From contig JAYUOS010000037.1 in assembly GCA_043760725.1 (NCBI GenBank), positions 33,551-97,550 on the forward strand: a DNA stretch of 64,000 bases, read 5' to 3'. The notes under the pieces were generated by a model. The model saw only the letters and a program-made list of their open reading frames with translations, was not told where the DNA came from and searched no databases. Shown piece after piece: positions 1-10,064 of this stretch (position 1 is its first letter; each line of letters opens with the position of its first letter). Source of the DNA: Sphingomonadales bacterium (lineage in GTDB: Bacteria; Pseudomonadota; Alphaproteobacteria; Sphingomonadales; Sphingomonadaceae). A program made the translations under genes and the position numbers.

Positions 1-663
1 TGCGACAATCCGGTCATCCTCGAAAAGTCCGATATCGACCCCACACCCTGCCCTCGAGACAATTGCTGGGAACGACTGATCGCGATTCTCGACCGCCGGT
101 GCGATGCCTATGTAATTCAGCTGGACTCAGACACCGTGACAACCGGAGCTATTCCCGAAGTTCTAGCTGCGATCGAAGCGAACCGCAGCTTTACGCTCGC
201 AGGTGGACTTGCGGAGGCGCAATGTGGGTTTCGATCGGTGCGCGAGATTGCGTCGATCTTTCATGCCGACGGCCCAATGACCGACCATGTGCAGGCCTAT
301 GCCGAAACCGCGATGGCTACGCTGCCTAACGCGGGCCATGTCCGCTATATTCGGGGTTGTGCCGGCTTTGCGGGTTTCGCACGCAGCGACGCGGGGCGTT
401 CGCTCGTATCCGAATTTTCTATTGCGATGGACGAATGTTTAGGCTCCGCTTGGCGGCAATGGGGCAGCGAGCAAGTTGCTTCCAATTTCGTCATTGCGAA
501 TGATCCCGACCCGTTGCAATTGCCGTATGACCGCTACGTCAACCATTGGGACGAACCCCTGCCTAGTGACCCAGGCTTTGTGCACTTCATCGGTACTTAC
601 CGGTTTCGTCGCGGAAATTACTTGCAGTGCACAAAAGCTGCGATTGCCGCGTTAAAAGGCTGA
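1..663 (+). CDS. glycosyltransferase-like protein (partial, 5' end outside window)
   Basis: Frame 1 is open from nt 1 into the listed 136..663 ORF. The translated CDAYVIQLDSDTV resembles the DxD segment of GT-A fold glycosyltransferases. The family assignment is weak. Confidence 0.4.
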   Translation, partial: CDNPVILEKSDIDPTPCPRDNCWERLIAILDRRCDAYVIQLDSDTVTTGAIPEVLAAIEANRSFTLAGGLAEAQCGFRSVREIASIFHADGPMTDHVQAYAETAMATLPNAGHVRYIRGCAGFAGFARSDAGRSLVSEFSIAMDECLGSAWRQWGSEQVASNFVIANDPDPLQLPYDRYVNHWDEPLPSDPGFVHFIGTYRFRRGNYLQCTKAAIAALKG

Positions 664-760
664 ACCACAAACAACCAAAGCCATATCGGCTATAGCCATT
701 GACCCCTGCACAGACTCCGTTTAATCGCTTGATTAAATCAATTACCAAGGAGTCTATTTC

Positions 761-1930
761 ATGGCCACAGCCTATATCGTCGATGCAGTTCGTACCGCAG
801 GCGGCAAGCGCGGCGGCAAACTTGCTGGCATTCACCCGGTCGACCTCGGTGCGGCGGTGTTCGACGCCATCGCCGACCGTAGCAATTTCGATACCAAAGC
901 GATCGACGATGTCATCACCGGTTGCGTGATGCAGGGCGGCCAGCAAACGATGGATATCGGCCGTAACGCCGTGCTTGCCTCGAAACTTCCCGATAGCATT
1001 CCCGCTGTAACGATCGACCGCCAGTGCGGATCATCACAACAGGCCATGATGTTTGCAGCGCAAGCGGTGATGTCTGGCACGCAGGACATTGTCCTTGCTA
1101 GCGGTATCGAAAGTATGACGCGCGTACCGATGGGGTCGACCGCTATGCTGTATATGAAAGAGGGCCTTGGCAATTACAAATCGCCGCGGCTTGAGGAAAA
1201 ATATCCCGGCATCATGTTCAGCCAGTTCGTTGGTGCCGAAATGATCGTCCAAAAATACGGCTTTACCAAAGCTGACCTTGATGCCTTTGCTTATGAAAGC
1301 CATCTGCGCGCCAAGGCCGCAACCGAAGCAGGCTATTTCAAGAATGAAATCGTGCCTGTTGAAATCGACACGCCCGAAGGCAAAATGATGCACGCGATTG
1401 ACGAAGGCATTCGTTTTGACGCAACGCTAGAGGGCATCGCCGCTGTAAAGTTGTTGCAAGAAGGTGGCGCTGTGACTGCCGCATCGGCCTCGCAAATCTG
1501 CGATGGCGCATCGGCGGTCCTTATTGTGTCCGAACAGGCATTGAAAGACCATGGCCTTACCCCGCGCGCGCGTATCCATCATATCTCGGTGACTGCTGGC
1601 GACCCCGTCATCATGTTGGAAGAGCCGCTGTTTGCGACTGAAAAGGCGCTAAAAAAAGCGGGGATGAGCATCAACGACATCGATGCCTATGAAGTCAACG
1701 AAGCGTTTGCACCGGTGCCACTGGCGTGGATGCAGTACTTGGGCGGATCGCATGATCGCCTGAACGTCCATGGCGGCGCGATTGCGCTTGGCCACCCACT
1801 CGGCGCTTCGGGCACCAAGTTGATGGCAACTTTGCTCGGTGTGCTTGATGCCAAGGGCGGAAAATACGGTCTGCAAACGATGTGCGAAGGCGGCGGTCAG
1901 GCCAACGTCACAATCATCGAACGCCTTTAA
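761..1930 (+). CDS. acetyl-CoA C-acyltransferase (thiolase)
   Basis: 389 aa with an AAGGAG RBS. Thiolase hallmarks are the active-site Cys region IDRQCGSSQQA and the C-terminal NVHGGAIALGHPLGASG and CEGGGQANV. Confidence 0.9.
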   Translation: MATAYIVDAVRTAGGKRGGKLAGIHPVDLGAAVFDAIADRSNFDTKAIDDVITGCVMQGGQQTMDIGRNAVLASKLPDSIPAVTIDRQCGSSQQAMMFAAQAVMSGTQDIVLASGIESMTRVPMGSTAMLYMKEGLGNYKSPRLEEKYPGIMFSQFVGAEMIVQKYGFTKADLDAFAYESHLRAKAATEAGYFKNEIVPVEIDTPEGKMMHAIDEGIRFDATLEGIAAVKLLQEGGAVTAASASQICDGASAVLIVSEQALKDHGLTPRARIHHISVTAGDPVIMLEEPLFATEKALKKAGMSINDIDAYEVNEAFAPVPLAWMQYLGGSHDRLNVHGGAIALGHPLGASGTKLMATLLGVLDAKGGKYGLQTMCEGGGQANVTIIERL

Positions 1931-1957
1931 TCTCCCTGCACAATCTAAGGAACTAAC

Positions 1958-2743
1958 ATGATTCTCGATTCCTCCGTTTCCGCCGTCATCACAGGCGGAG
2001 CATCGGGCCTAGGCGCAGCCACTGCCCGCGCGCTCGCCGCCAAGGGCGTCAAAGTTGCCATTTTCGATCTGCAAAAAGACAAGGGCGAAGCCGTCGCCGC
2101 AGAAATTGGTGGTGTTTTTTGCGAAGTAAACGTCACATCGGACGAAAGCGTTGCCGCTGGCTTTGAAAAGGCGCGCGCCGCCAATGGCCAAGAACGCATC
2201 CTCGTTAATTGCGCTGGCACTGGTGCAGCAATGAAAACCGCCAGCCGGTCGAAAACTGACGGCAGCATCAAGCATTATCCGGCGTCGGCATTTGATTGGC
2301 TGATCCAGATCAACCTGGTCGGCACATTCCGCTGCATCGCGATGTCGGCGGCGGGCATGATGACACTTGATCCGCAGAACGAAGACGGCGAGCGCGGCGC
2401 AATCGTTAACACAGCGTCGGTTGCCGGCGAAGACGGTCAAATGGGCCAGGTTGCTTATTCGGCATCAAAGGCTGGCGTGATCGGCATGACTTTGCCCATC
2501 GCCCGCGATTTGATGAGCGAAGGCATCCGCGTTAACACGATCTTGCCTGGCATTTTTGAAACTCCGTTGATGCTGGGCGCACCCCAAGCGGTCAAAGACG
2601 CGCTCGCGGCATCGGTGCCCTTCCCTAAACGTTTGGGCAAGCCAGAGGAATATGCAGGGTTGGCGCTGACCATGATCGAAAACAGCTATTTCAACGGCGA
2701 AGATGTTCGTCTTGACGGCGCGATCCGCATGGCTCCACGGTGA
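1958..2743 (+). CDS. short-chain dehydrogenase, 3-hydroxyacyl-CoA dehydrogenase type-2-like
   Basis: 261 aa with an AAGGA RBS. It has a Rossmann TGGASGLG motif at the N-terminus and the catalytic YSASKAG (YxxxK). Confidence 0.85.
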   Translation: MILDSSVSAVITGGASGLGAATARALAAKGVKVAIFDLQKDKGEAVAAEIGGVFCEVNVTSDESVAAGFEKARAANGQERILVNCAGTGAAMKTASRSKTDGSIKHYPASAFDWLIQINLVGTFRCIAMSAAGMMTLDPQNEDGERGAIVNTASVAGEDGQMGQVAYSASKAGVIGMTLPIARDLMSEGIRVNTILPGIFETPLMLGAPQAVKDALAASVPFPKRLGKPEEYAGLALTMIENSYFNGEDVRLDGAIRMAPR

Positions 2744-2752
2744 GTTATCTTA

Positions 2753-2878
2753 GCTCTCTCCCCTTCAGGGGAGAGGGTTGGGAGAGGGCGAGTAAGGGAA
2801 AGCCCCTCTTCCGCTGCGACTAAGCGCCAAACAGCGCAAAGTCTCACTGCCTCTCCCCTAAAGGGTTGAGGGATAGGA
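2753..2878. repeat. REP-like GC-rich palindromic intergenic element
   Basis: There is a perfect hairpin ctctcccc-ttca-ggggagag at 2756..2775. A second degenerate copy starts with the same octamer ctctcccc at 2851. Both sit in an otherwise unexplained 142-nt spacer between two co-oriented genes. Confidence 0.4.
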
Positions 2879-2885
2879 GGAACAT

Positions 2886-3758
2886 ATGAGCGAATTTACC
2901 CAGATTCTCTATGACGTCGAAGAAAACATCGCCACCATCACGCTCCACCGTCCGGACAAGATGAATGCATTCACGCATGTCATGATGAATGAGATGATCG
3001 CGGCGTTCGATGCGATTGACGCCGATGATAATGTCCGCGCCGTGATCGTTACCGGCCAAGGCGACCGCGCCTTTTGTGCCGGAGCCGACCTGACACCCGG
3101 CGAAGGCGGACGCGTTTTTGCCAGCGGCGAAACGGTTGACAGCCTTTCCGATGGCAATGTCCGCGATGGCGGCGGTCTGCTGACGCTGCGGATTTATGAA
3201 TGCAAAAAGCCAGTGATTGCCGCTGTGAACGGCGCGGCGGTTGGCATTGGCGTGACCATGCAACTCGCTATGGACATCCGCCTCGCCAGCGATACCGCCC
3301 GGTTTGGCTTTGTTTTTGCCCGGCGCGGGATTGTGCCAGAGGCTGCGTCCAGCTGGTTTCTCCCTCGCCTAGTCGGACCGCAACAGGCACTCGAATGGTG
3401 CTACACCGGCCGCGTTTTCGGCGCGGAGGAAGCGTTAAAAGGCGGCTTGATACGTTCCATCCATCCGGCGGGCGAATTGCTGACCGAGGCGCGCAAATTG
3501 GCGCGGGAGATTGCCGACAACACAGCACCTGTATCCATCGCGCTGACCCGCCATATGCTGTGGCGCAACTCGGCGATGCCACACCCCATGGATGCTCACA
3601 AAATAGACAGCCGCGCTATCTATCGCCGGTCGCGTTCGGGCGATGCGAAAGAGGGCATATCAAGCTTTCTGGAAAAGCGCTCACCGCATTATCCCGATAC
3701 CGTTTCAGCAGACATGCCAGATTTCTTTCCTTGGTGGGAAGAACAGGTATATAGCTGA
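2886..3758 (+). CDS. enoyl-CoA hydratase/isomerase family protein
   Basis: 290 aa with a GGAGGA RBS. The crotonase-fold signature is VIVTGQGDRAFCAGADL followed by KPVIAAVNGAAVGIG. Confidence 0.85.
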   Translation: MSEFTQILYDVEENIATITLHRPDKMNAFTHVMMNEMIAAFDAIDADDNVRAVIVTGQGDRAFCAGADLTPGEGGRVFASGETVDSLSDGNVRDGGGLLTLRIYECKKPVIAAVNGAAVGIGVTMQLAMDIRLASDTARFGFVFARRGIVPEAASSWFLPRLVGPQQALEWCYTGRVFGAEEALKGGLIRSIHPAGELLTEARKLAREIADNTAPVSIALTRHMLWRNSAMPHPMDAHKIDSRAIYRRSRSGDAKEGISSFLEKRSPHYPDTVSADMPDFFPWWEEQVYS

Positions 3759-3788
3759 TAGAGTACAATTCCCGGGGGGAGAAAAGCC

Positions 3789-4430
3789 GTGGCTACAAAC
3801 GGTCCTAAAATCGTCAGTGATGCCAGCGAACAAGGCGGCGCGCGTGAACAATTGCTGGAAGCCGCTAGCCAGATTATGCGCGACGGCGATACGATGGACT
3901 TGTCGTTGTCCGAGCTATCTTTGCGTGCCGGATTGAACAGTGCTTTGGTCAAATATTATTTCGGCAACAAAAACGGTCTGATGCACGCGTTGCTTGACCG
4001 TGACATGGGTAAGATTGTCAACGAGTTGAACGCACTGGTCGCAAAGGATATGCCGCCAGAGGAAAAATTGAAGCGGCATATTGGCGCAGCGATTAACACC
4101 TATTACGCCTATCCCTATCTCAACCGACTGCTGATGCGGCTGATCCGCGACAGTGCTCCGGTCGAGGCTAGTCGTATTGCTGAGCGCTATTTGCGTCCAA
4201 TCTCGCGCGCTTATGAGCAACTGATCGCCGATGGCGTAAAGGCGGGGAAGTTCCGCGATGTTGACCCTCAACTGTTTTATTTCACCGTCACCGGTGCGGC
4301 TGATCGGTTCTTCTCCGCGCGGCAAGTGCTGAAACATTGCTATGATCAAAACGACCTTAGCGTCGAAATGCGCGACGCCTATCGCGAACATAGCGTCGAG
4401 TTGATTATGCGCGGGTTGCTGACCGATTAG
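3789..4430 (+). CDS. TetR/AcrR family transcriptional regulator
   Basis: 213 aa with a GTG start 8 nt after GGGGGAG. The N-terminal HTH LSLSELSLRAGLNSALVKYYFGNKNGL is typical of TetR. Confidence 0.85.
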   Translation: MATNGPKIVSDASEQGGAREQLLEAASQIMRDGDTMDLSLSELSLRAGLNSALVKYYFGNKNGLMHALLDRDMGKIVNELNALVAKDMPPEEKLKRHIGAAINTYYAYPYLNRLLMRLIRDSAPVEASRIAERYLRPISRAYEQLIADGVKAGKFRDVDPQLFYFTVTGAADRFFSARQVLKHCYDQNDLSVEMRDAYREHSVELIMRGLLTD

Positions 4431-5614
4431 CCGAGTTGCCGCCGGATTTCGTCACCATCGGCATCAACCGATGGCGGATCGGCAAAATGGGATGCAGGCG
4501 TGGCCGAATATTTCACCGGGTGGCGCATAGAGCGATAGGCGTAACCCGCCTTAGCCTGCCGTTCTTCAAAGAAGTTCACAGCGGTCAGGTGCGGGTCGGT
4601 GAGCACGTCAGCCATCCGGTTATAGCGCATTGCGGGGATGCTGTTTTCCGCCAGCAAAATCAGCCATTCGTCAGTGCTATGCGATGCCATCAGCTCTTCA
4701 ATAATCGCGTAAAGATCGCCGGTATGTTTCGTGCGTTCTTCATAGGTTGAAAAACGGGGGTCTTCAAACACGCCGGGGCGGCCAGCGAGTTCAAAAAACC
4801 GTTCCCATTGTGCATCATTATAGGGGACGACTGCGATATAACCGTCGGCGGTTGGATAGGGCCTGCGTCGCGGGTTGATGGATCGGCTATAGCCCAATTT
4901 GCCCAGCGCGGGGATAAAGGTTTCGCCCCACATGTTCTCGACCATGTTGAACCATGTGAAGCATTCGAGCATCGGCACTTCCACAAATTGCCCGCCTGCG
5001 CCATTTTGCCGCGCTATGATTGCAGCCATCACGGCATTGGCCGCGAACAGCCCACTGACCTTGTCAGCAACTAAAGTCGGCGCATATTGAGGCCGTCCAC
5101 CGTCACGCATTTCCGATAAGGCAGCAAAGCCGGATGCGGCTTGAATCAAGTCATCGAAGGCCTGCAATTTCGCGTAGGGGCCGTCGGAGCCATAGCCCGC
5201 GCAATGGACGTAGATGATATCGGGGTTGACCACCTTTACCGCTTCATAATCAAGGCCCAGCCGCTTCATTCCCGCCATGCGGACATTGTGGATGAAGACA
5301 TCCGCGCCAGAGAGTAATGCTAGCAGCATTGTGCGATCCTGGGCATCCGCACCATTCAGATTAATGGCCTTTTTATTCCGGTTCAGCGACGCATAGATTG
5401 GACCGATATCCTTAGTAGGAGACGCCCCTGCCCGGCGCATCATGTCGCCGCCAGATGCGCTGGTCCCATTTTCGACCTTGATAACCTCCGCACCCAAATC
5501 GGCCAATTGTACGGTCGCAAACGGCCCCAAAACAACCGATGACATGTCGACAATTTTTACGCCTTTCAGCGGTCCCGTGCGTTCCCCGTCCCATTGCAAA
5601 TCTGGCCAAGCCAT
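4427..5614 (-). CDS. family III CoA-transferase (CaiB/BaiF-like)
   Basis: 395 aa with a GGGAGA RBS. The N-terminal GVKIVDMSSVVLGPFATVQLADLGAEVIKVE is typical of CoA-transferase family III. Confidence 0.85.
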   Translation of the reverse strand: MAWPDLQWDGERTGPLKGVKIVDMSSVVLGPFATVQLADLGAEVIKVENGTSASGGDMMRRAGASPTKDIGPIYASLNRNKKAINLNGADAQDRTMLLALLSGADVFIHNVRMAGMKRLGLDYEAVKVVNPDIIYVHCAGYGSDGPYAKLQAFDDLIQAASGFAALSEMRDGGRPQYAPTLVADKVSGLFAANAVMAAIIARQNGAGGQFVEVPMLECFTWFNMVENMWGETFIPALGKLGYSRSINPRRRPYPTADGYIAVVPYNDAQWERFFELAGRPGVFEDPRFSTYEERTKHTGDLYAIIEELMASHSTDEWLILLAENSIPAMRYNRMADVLTDPHLTAVNFFEERQAKAGYAYRSMRHPVKYSATPASHFADPPSVDADGDEIRRQLG

Positions 5615-5694
5615 CAGTCTTTTCTCCCAACACTCTGCGTCCTTTGCAGATACCCGCTTTTCAGCTATTGTCGAGCCGGGGGAATAGGAGATTT

Positions 5695-6129
5695 ATGATG
5701 CGAAACGTCTTTGTTACCCTAGGGGTGAGTGCCAATATCATGCTTACCGGTTGCTCAATGTCCGATACTAAGTCCACGCCAATTGCGTTAAGTGATGAGC
5801 AATCAAAATTGTTGGAAAAACAAATCGGCGGAAAAGTTGCAGGGGAACCTGTTAGCTGTATTTTCAACTCTCGATATTCCAACGTCATCCGCGTCAGCGA
5901 CGATCTTTTACTTTACAAGGTCTCCGGCAAGCTAGTCTATCAAAACCGGCTGAGATCGGCCTGCCGGGGCCTTGCCAGCGACCGCGACATCATGGTCACC
6001 GAACAATTCGGCAGCCAGCAATGCCGCGGCGACATTATCAAGCTCGTTGACCGCATCGGCGGCATCCCCGGCCCGTTCTGCGTTCTCGGCGACTTTGTCC
6101 CTTATCGCAAAGACCCTAAAGCACCGTAA
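5695..6129 (+). CDS. hypothetical lipoprotein
   Basis: An internal ATG at 5695 is preceded by AGGAG. The signal peptide has the lipobox MLTGC. I recognise no family. Confidence 0.6.
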   Translation: MMRNVFVTLGVSANIMLTGCSMSDTKSTPIALSDEQSKLLEKQIGGKVAGEPVSCIFNSRYSNVIRVSDDLLLYKVSGKLVYQNRLRSACRGLASDRDIMVTEQFGSQQCRGDIIKLVDRIGGIPGPFCVLGDFVPYRKDPKAP

Positions 6130-6640
6130 TCGTTACCGCACGACGGTTGATCGCCCAGGCTTGCTCGCTTGAACCCTCGGCAGCGGGGCGTTCTTTGCCG
6201 TGGCTGACGGTCTGAATGCGCGATGCGTCAACCCCCAATGACGCTAGGTAGTTTTTTGCAGCATTTGCGCGGCGCTCACCGAGTGCGAGGTTGTAGTCAC
6301 GCGTGCCGCGCTCGTCGCAATGGCCCTCAATCACGATCCGCTTGTTTGGATAGCGGGCAAGCCATTGCGCTTGTGACTGCAACGTCGCCTGATCGGCGGT
6401 ATCGACATTAAACCGGTCAGTGTCAAAAAAGATGCGGTCGCCGTCCATGCCGACAGCGGCAAGGAAATCTTCCTGACTGCCGGGCATGATTTGCCCTGCG
6501 CCGCCACTATTGTCCTGAGGCGTGCCATAATCGGTGTTGTCGGCTTGCGGCGGAATGTCGTTAATCTTTTTCTTACCGCAAGCGGCAAGTGCTGTGGTCG
6601 CCAGCAGCACCAAAGCGAGTGTTTTCATAGTCTTTTTCAT
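6116..6640 (-). CDS. pal: peptidoglycan-associated lipoprotein Pal (OmpA-like)
   Basis: Start set at MKKTMKTLALVLLATTALAACG (lipobox), preceded by GAAGGAG. It has the OmpA_C motifs EGHCDERGTRDYNLALGERRA and lies directly downstream of tolB. Confidence 0.85.
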   Translation of the reverse strand: MKKTMKTLALVLLATTALAACGKKKINDIPPQADNTDYGTPQDNSGGAGQIMPGSQEDFLAAVGMDGDRIFFDTDRFNVDTADQATLQSQAQWLARYPNKRIVIEGHCDERGTRDYNLALGERRANAAKNYLASLGVDASRIQTVSHGKERPAAEGSSEQAWAINRRAVTITVL

Positions 6641-6677
6641 CGTCTTCTCCTTCACTTCGCCCCGCGAAACATAACCC

Positions 6678-8036
6678 TTACGGCAGCACTGGTCCCCATG
6701 CAGGGTCCGATCCATCCACCGGCGTCGGCAGCTTGCGCTCATTCCGACCGGTTAGATCGACTTGCCAGATGCCTGTTTTACCACTGTTCTTCTCTGTGCG
6801 AAAGAACTGGATGACACGGCCATTGGGCGCCCATGTAGGGGCCTCATCCTGCCAGCTGTCGGTCAACATCCGTTCGCCCGATCCATCGGGGCTCATCACC
6901 CCAACGCGGAAATCGCCTGCAATGCGGGTGAACGCGATCAAGTCACCGCGCGGGCTCCATTCGGGCGTAGCATGGCGGCCAGCGCCAAAGCTGACCCGTT
7001 TTTGATTGCCGCCATCGGCAGACATTACATAAACCTGCTGGTTGCCGCCACGGTCGCTTTCAAACACAACCTGCTTGCCATCTGGCGAGAAGCTGCCGCC
7101 GACATCGATGCCGGGCGCTGTCGTCAGGCGTACTGGCGTGCCGCCCTCAACCGCAATTTTATAGACATCGGTATTGCCACCGACCGCCATCGAATACAGG
7201 ATCGTCTTTCCATCGGGCGACCAGCGCGGTGCGAATGTGGGGTTTTTCGACGCGGTAATCAGCCGCTGCCGCCCGCTATCAACATCATAAACATAGATAC
7301 GCGGATTTCCGTCCTGATAGCTTAGATACAAGATCGATTTGTAGTTGGGCGAAAAACGGGGCGTCAGCGCGGTGGCTTGGCCGTTGGTGATGAAGCGGTG
7401 GTTGGCACCATCCGAATCCATGATCGCCAGCCGTTTGACGCGTTTCCCCTTTGGCCCAGTCTCGGCAATATAGGCGATGCGGCTGTCAAAGAATGGCAGC
7501 TCGCCGGTCAGTTTCGAATAAATCGCATCGGCACATTTATGCGCCGCCCGCCGCCATTCGCGCGGTGGAACAACAAAGCCGAGCCGCGTCACTTCTTGCG
7601 TGGTGCCAAGGTCGTAAAGGTAGCAGCCAACAGTCAAATTGCCGTCAGCGCCCGCCTTAATAAAACCCTCAATCAGCTGATCCGCATTGCGACCCTGCCA
7701 ATAATCATATTGCGGCGCGGTAACCTCACCCAGCGAGATCGCGCGCAACCCCGATGGCCCAATGGGTTCAAACAGGCCCGATCCGCGAAGGTCCGAGGCG
7801 ATAACCTCGGCAATCTGCCGTGCCAATGCGCTAGTGTTACCGGCCGCTGTTTCCGCAGAGGTTGGTGAGACGAATGCGGGGACGGCGACCTTACGCACAT
7901 CAGCAACGTCAAAACGGACCACTTCGTCGACATCATCTCCGCCCGGTTGGGGGGCAGGTGCCGGAGCGGTTTGGGCAACGGCGGCACTGGCCACTACGCC
8001 AGATAATAACAGCGATATCAATATCTTGTGTAGCAT
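6678..8036 (-). CDS. tolB: Tol-Pal system beta-propeller protein TolB
   Basis: 452 aa with a signal peptide. It has repeated PxWSPDG / FSPDGK propeller motifs and sits between tolA and pal. Confidence 0.9.
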   Translation of the reverse strand: MLHKILISLLLSGVVASAAVAQTAPAPAPQPGGDDVDEVVRFDVADVRKVAVPAFVSPTSAETAAGNTSALARQIAEVIASDLRGSGLFEPIGPSGLRAISLGEVTAPQYDYWQGRNADQLIEGFIKAGADGNLTVGCYLYDLGTTQEVTRLGFVVPPREWRRAAHKCADAIYSKLTGELPFFDSRIAYIAETGPKGKRVKRLAIMDSDGANHRFITNGQATALTPRFSPNYKSILYLSYQDGNPRIYVYDVDSGRQRLITASKNPTFAPRWSPDGKTILYSMAVGGNTDVYKIAVEGGTPVRLTTAPGIDVGGSFSPDGKQVVFESDRGGNQQVYVMSADGGNQKRVSFGAGRHATPEWSPRGDLIAFTRIAGDFRVGVMSPDGSGERMLTDSWQDEAPTWAPNGRVIQFFRTEKNSGKTGIWQVDLTGRNERKLPTPVDGSDPAWGPVLP

Positions 8037-8045
8037 TACAAGCTC

Positions 8046-8870
8046 CTAATTGGGCTGAAACGACATACGATGGGTTTTCCAGCCATCATAGTCCTTGGCA
8101 TTGAGTTCGGTAAAGGGTGCAGCCTTGCGGATCGCGCCAGTGACGCAGCGTTCCATCGGTTGCGCCTGTGGGCGGTTGTTGTCAGTAATTCCGCGCTGAG
8201 ACACACCGGTGAGGCTACTAACACCGCCGCTGGTGGAAAGATTGATCGTCACGGTGGTGATAATCCGGTTCACATCGACGCCGCTTGGTGCGCACTGGCG
8301 AATGTAGCGCAGGATTTTGGGGCCGAGAATGGCATTTACTTCCTTAGAAATTTGCCCGGCGGTTTTGATCGATTCACCTTTTCCTATGCCTTCACCCTTT
8401 CCCTTTTGGGTCGCGTTTCCGGCGCCACCCCCGCCGATCCCACCCAGCTTTTTCTCCATCTCTTTTTCAAAGTCCGATTTACCGCCGCCACGACCCGTTC
8501 CGGTCTTCACTGTCTTTTGAACCGGCTTGGGTTGTGATTTTATTTTCGGCTTCACCAGTTCATCCGGCTTTGGTTGCGATTTTTGCACCGGTTGCAAAAT
8601 CGGTTCTGGATCGACCACCGTTTCGTCAATAGGAACCGGAATTTCTTCGATTTCCTCTAATACTGATGGCGCAGGATCGGGCGCAGCTGCCGCGCCCTCG
8701 GTCACAATCTCAACCGCGATGCCATCACCACTACCACCGCCGTCAGAGCCCATGGGAACCGCAGCTTTCCAAAGCCCGAACACCAGGAGTGCGAGCAAAA
8801 ACGCATGCCCGCCAACAGCGGTGCCTAGACCGACTTTTTCAGATTGGTCCATGGCAAAGGGATTACTCAT
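8046..8870 (-). CDS. tolA: cell envelope integrity protein TolA-like
   Basis: It has one N-terminal TM helix, a Pro/Lys/Glu-rich linker and a TonB_C-like C-terminus. The ATG at 8870 overlaps the tolR stop (ATGAGTAA). It lies between tolR and tolB. Confidence 0.65.
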   Translation of the reverse strand: MSNPFAMDQSEKVGLGTAVGGHAFLLALLVFGLWKAAVPMGSDGGGSGDGIAVEIVTEGAAAAPDPAPSVLEEIEEIPVPIDETVVDPEPILQPVQKSQPKPDELVKPKIKSQPKPVQKTVKTGTGRGGGKSDFEKEMEKKLGGIGGGGAGNATQKGKGEGIGKGESIKTAGQISKEVNAILGPKILRYIRQCAPSGVDVNRIITTVTINLSTSGGVSSLTGVSQRGITDNNRPQAQPMERCVTGAIRKAAPFTELNAKDYDGWKTHRMSFQPN

Positions 8871-9351
8871 CCGCAGCTGAACCGACACTGGCTGGATCTT
8901 GCGTCGCAGCACCCTGCGTGACCATATTCACCGAATTAAGGCCGGCGCGGTTCAATTCGCCCATCACCTTCATCATGCTGCCGTAATCGACATTGGTATC
9001 GCCGCGCAGCATGATTTTGCGGGGGTTATCGGGCGTCTGTTCTGCGGCAATCGCCTCCAGCTTGGCCGCAAGCTTACCGGGGCGAACTGCATCGCCATCG
9101 ATGAACACTTGCCCCTCTGTATCGACCGTAACGTCGAGTGGAGCCTCTGGCAGTTCAATCTGTTTGGCACGGCTTTTGGGCAAGTCTACCGGCACGCCAG
9201 ATACCAGCAAAGGCGCAGTAACCATGAAGATAATCAGCAGCACCAACATCACATCGACCAAGGGCGTAACGTTGATCTCCGCCATTGGCGCACGCCGGTT
9301 CCCGCGCCGCGAACGACGACCGCCAGAACTGGAGGGAAGGTTCATGGCCAT
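8863..9351 (-). CDS. tolR: biopolymer transporter TolR (ExbD family)
   Basis: 162 aa. The ExbD/TolR signature is INVTPLVDVMLVLLIIFMV. It lies after tolQ. Confidence 0.85.
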   Translation of the reverse strand: MAMNLPSSSGGRRSRRGNRRAPMAEINVTPLVDVMLVLLIIFMVTAPLLVSGVPVDLPKSRAKQIELPEAPLDVTVDTEGQVFIDGDAVRPGKLAAKLEAIAAEQTPDNPRKIMLRGDTNVDYGSMMKVMGELNRAGLNSVNMVTQGAATQDPASVGSAADE

Positions 9352-9356
9352 CCGCT

Positions 9357-10055
9357 CTAAGCCTCCCGCTCCAACTCGCGGCTCAACGTGCCATGGAAAC
9401 CATCGGCAAAACGGCCCAGCCGCGCCTCATATTGGTTTAGCCGGTGCGAAAAACGGTTATAGGCGATCACTGCGGGGATCGCGGCGAACAGGCCAATGGC
9501 AGTGGCAAACAGCGCCTCGGCAATGCCGGGGGCGACGACCGCAAGGCTGGTATTCTGCTCCAAGCCAATCGCCACAAAGCTGTTCATAATCCCCCAGACG
9601 GTGCCGAATAGGCCGACAAACGGCGCGACAGACCCTGTGGTCGCCAAAAAGTTCAACCGGTTGGCAAGCTTATCGCTTTCCGCCGCAATCGTTGCGTCCA
9701 TCGCCGTCGCCAGCCGTTCACGCGTTCCTGCACGGTCGATACTTTTGCCATTGGTCGAACGCCGCCATTCCGCAACCCCCGCCGCAAACACCCGCGCTAC
9801 GGGCAGCTCGATCTTGCCGCGTTCATTGTGAAAACCGTCAATGTCGCCCGACTTCCAGAAATCCGCTTCGAATTTCGTTGTTTCGTCATTAATCTTGCTG
9901 ATCCGGAACAGAAAGCTAACGATGATCGTCCACGACCAGATGCTCGCCAGCACCAGACCGATGATGACAAGCTTCACCACCCAGTCGGCATCCAGGAACA
10001 ATTGGACCACCGAAAGGCCGCCAGCCTGGCTCAAAATCAACAGGTCCATAGTCAT
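9357..10055 (-). CDS. tolQ: proton channel TolQ (MotA/TolQ/ExbB family)
   Basis: 232 aa with three TM segments and the conserved C-terminal [10 protein letters not shown] ... AIPAVIAYN. Confidence 0.85.
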   Translation of the reverse strand: MTMDLLILSQAGGLSVVQLFLDADWVVKLVIIGLVLASIWSWTIIVSFLFRISKINDETTKFEADFWKSGDIDGFHNERGKIELPVARVFAAGVAEWRRSTNGKSIDRAGTRERLATAMDATIAAESDKLANRLNFLATTGSVAPFVGLFGTVWGIMNSFVAIGLEQNTSLAVVAPGIAEALFATAIGLFAAIPAVIAYNRFSHRLNQYEARLGRFADGFHGTLSRELEREA

Positions 10056-10064
10056 CCTTGCTCT

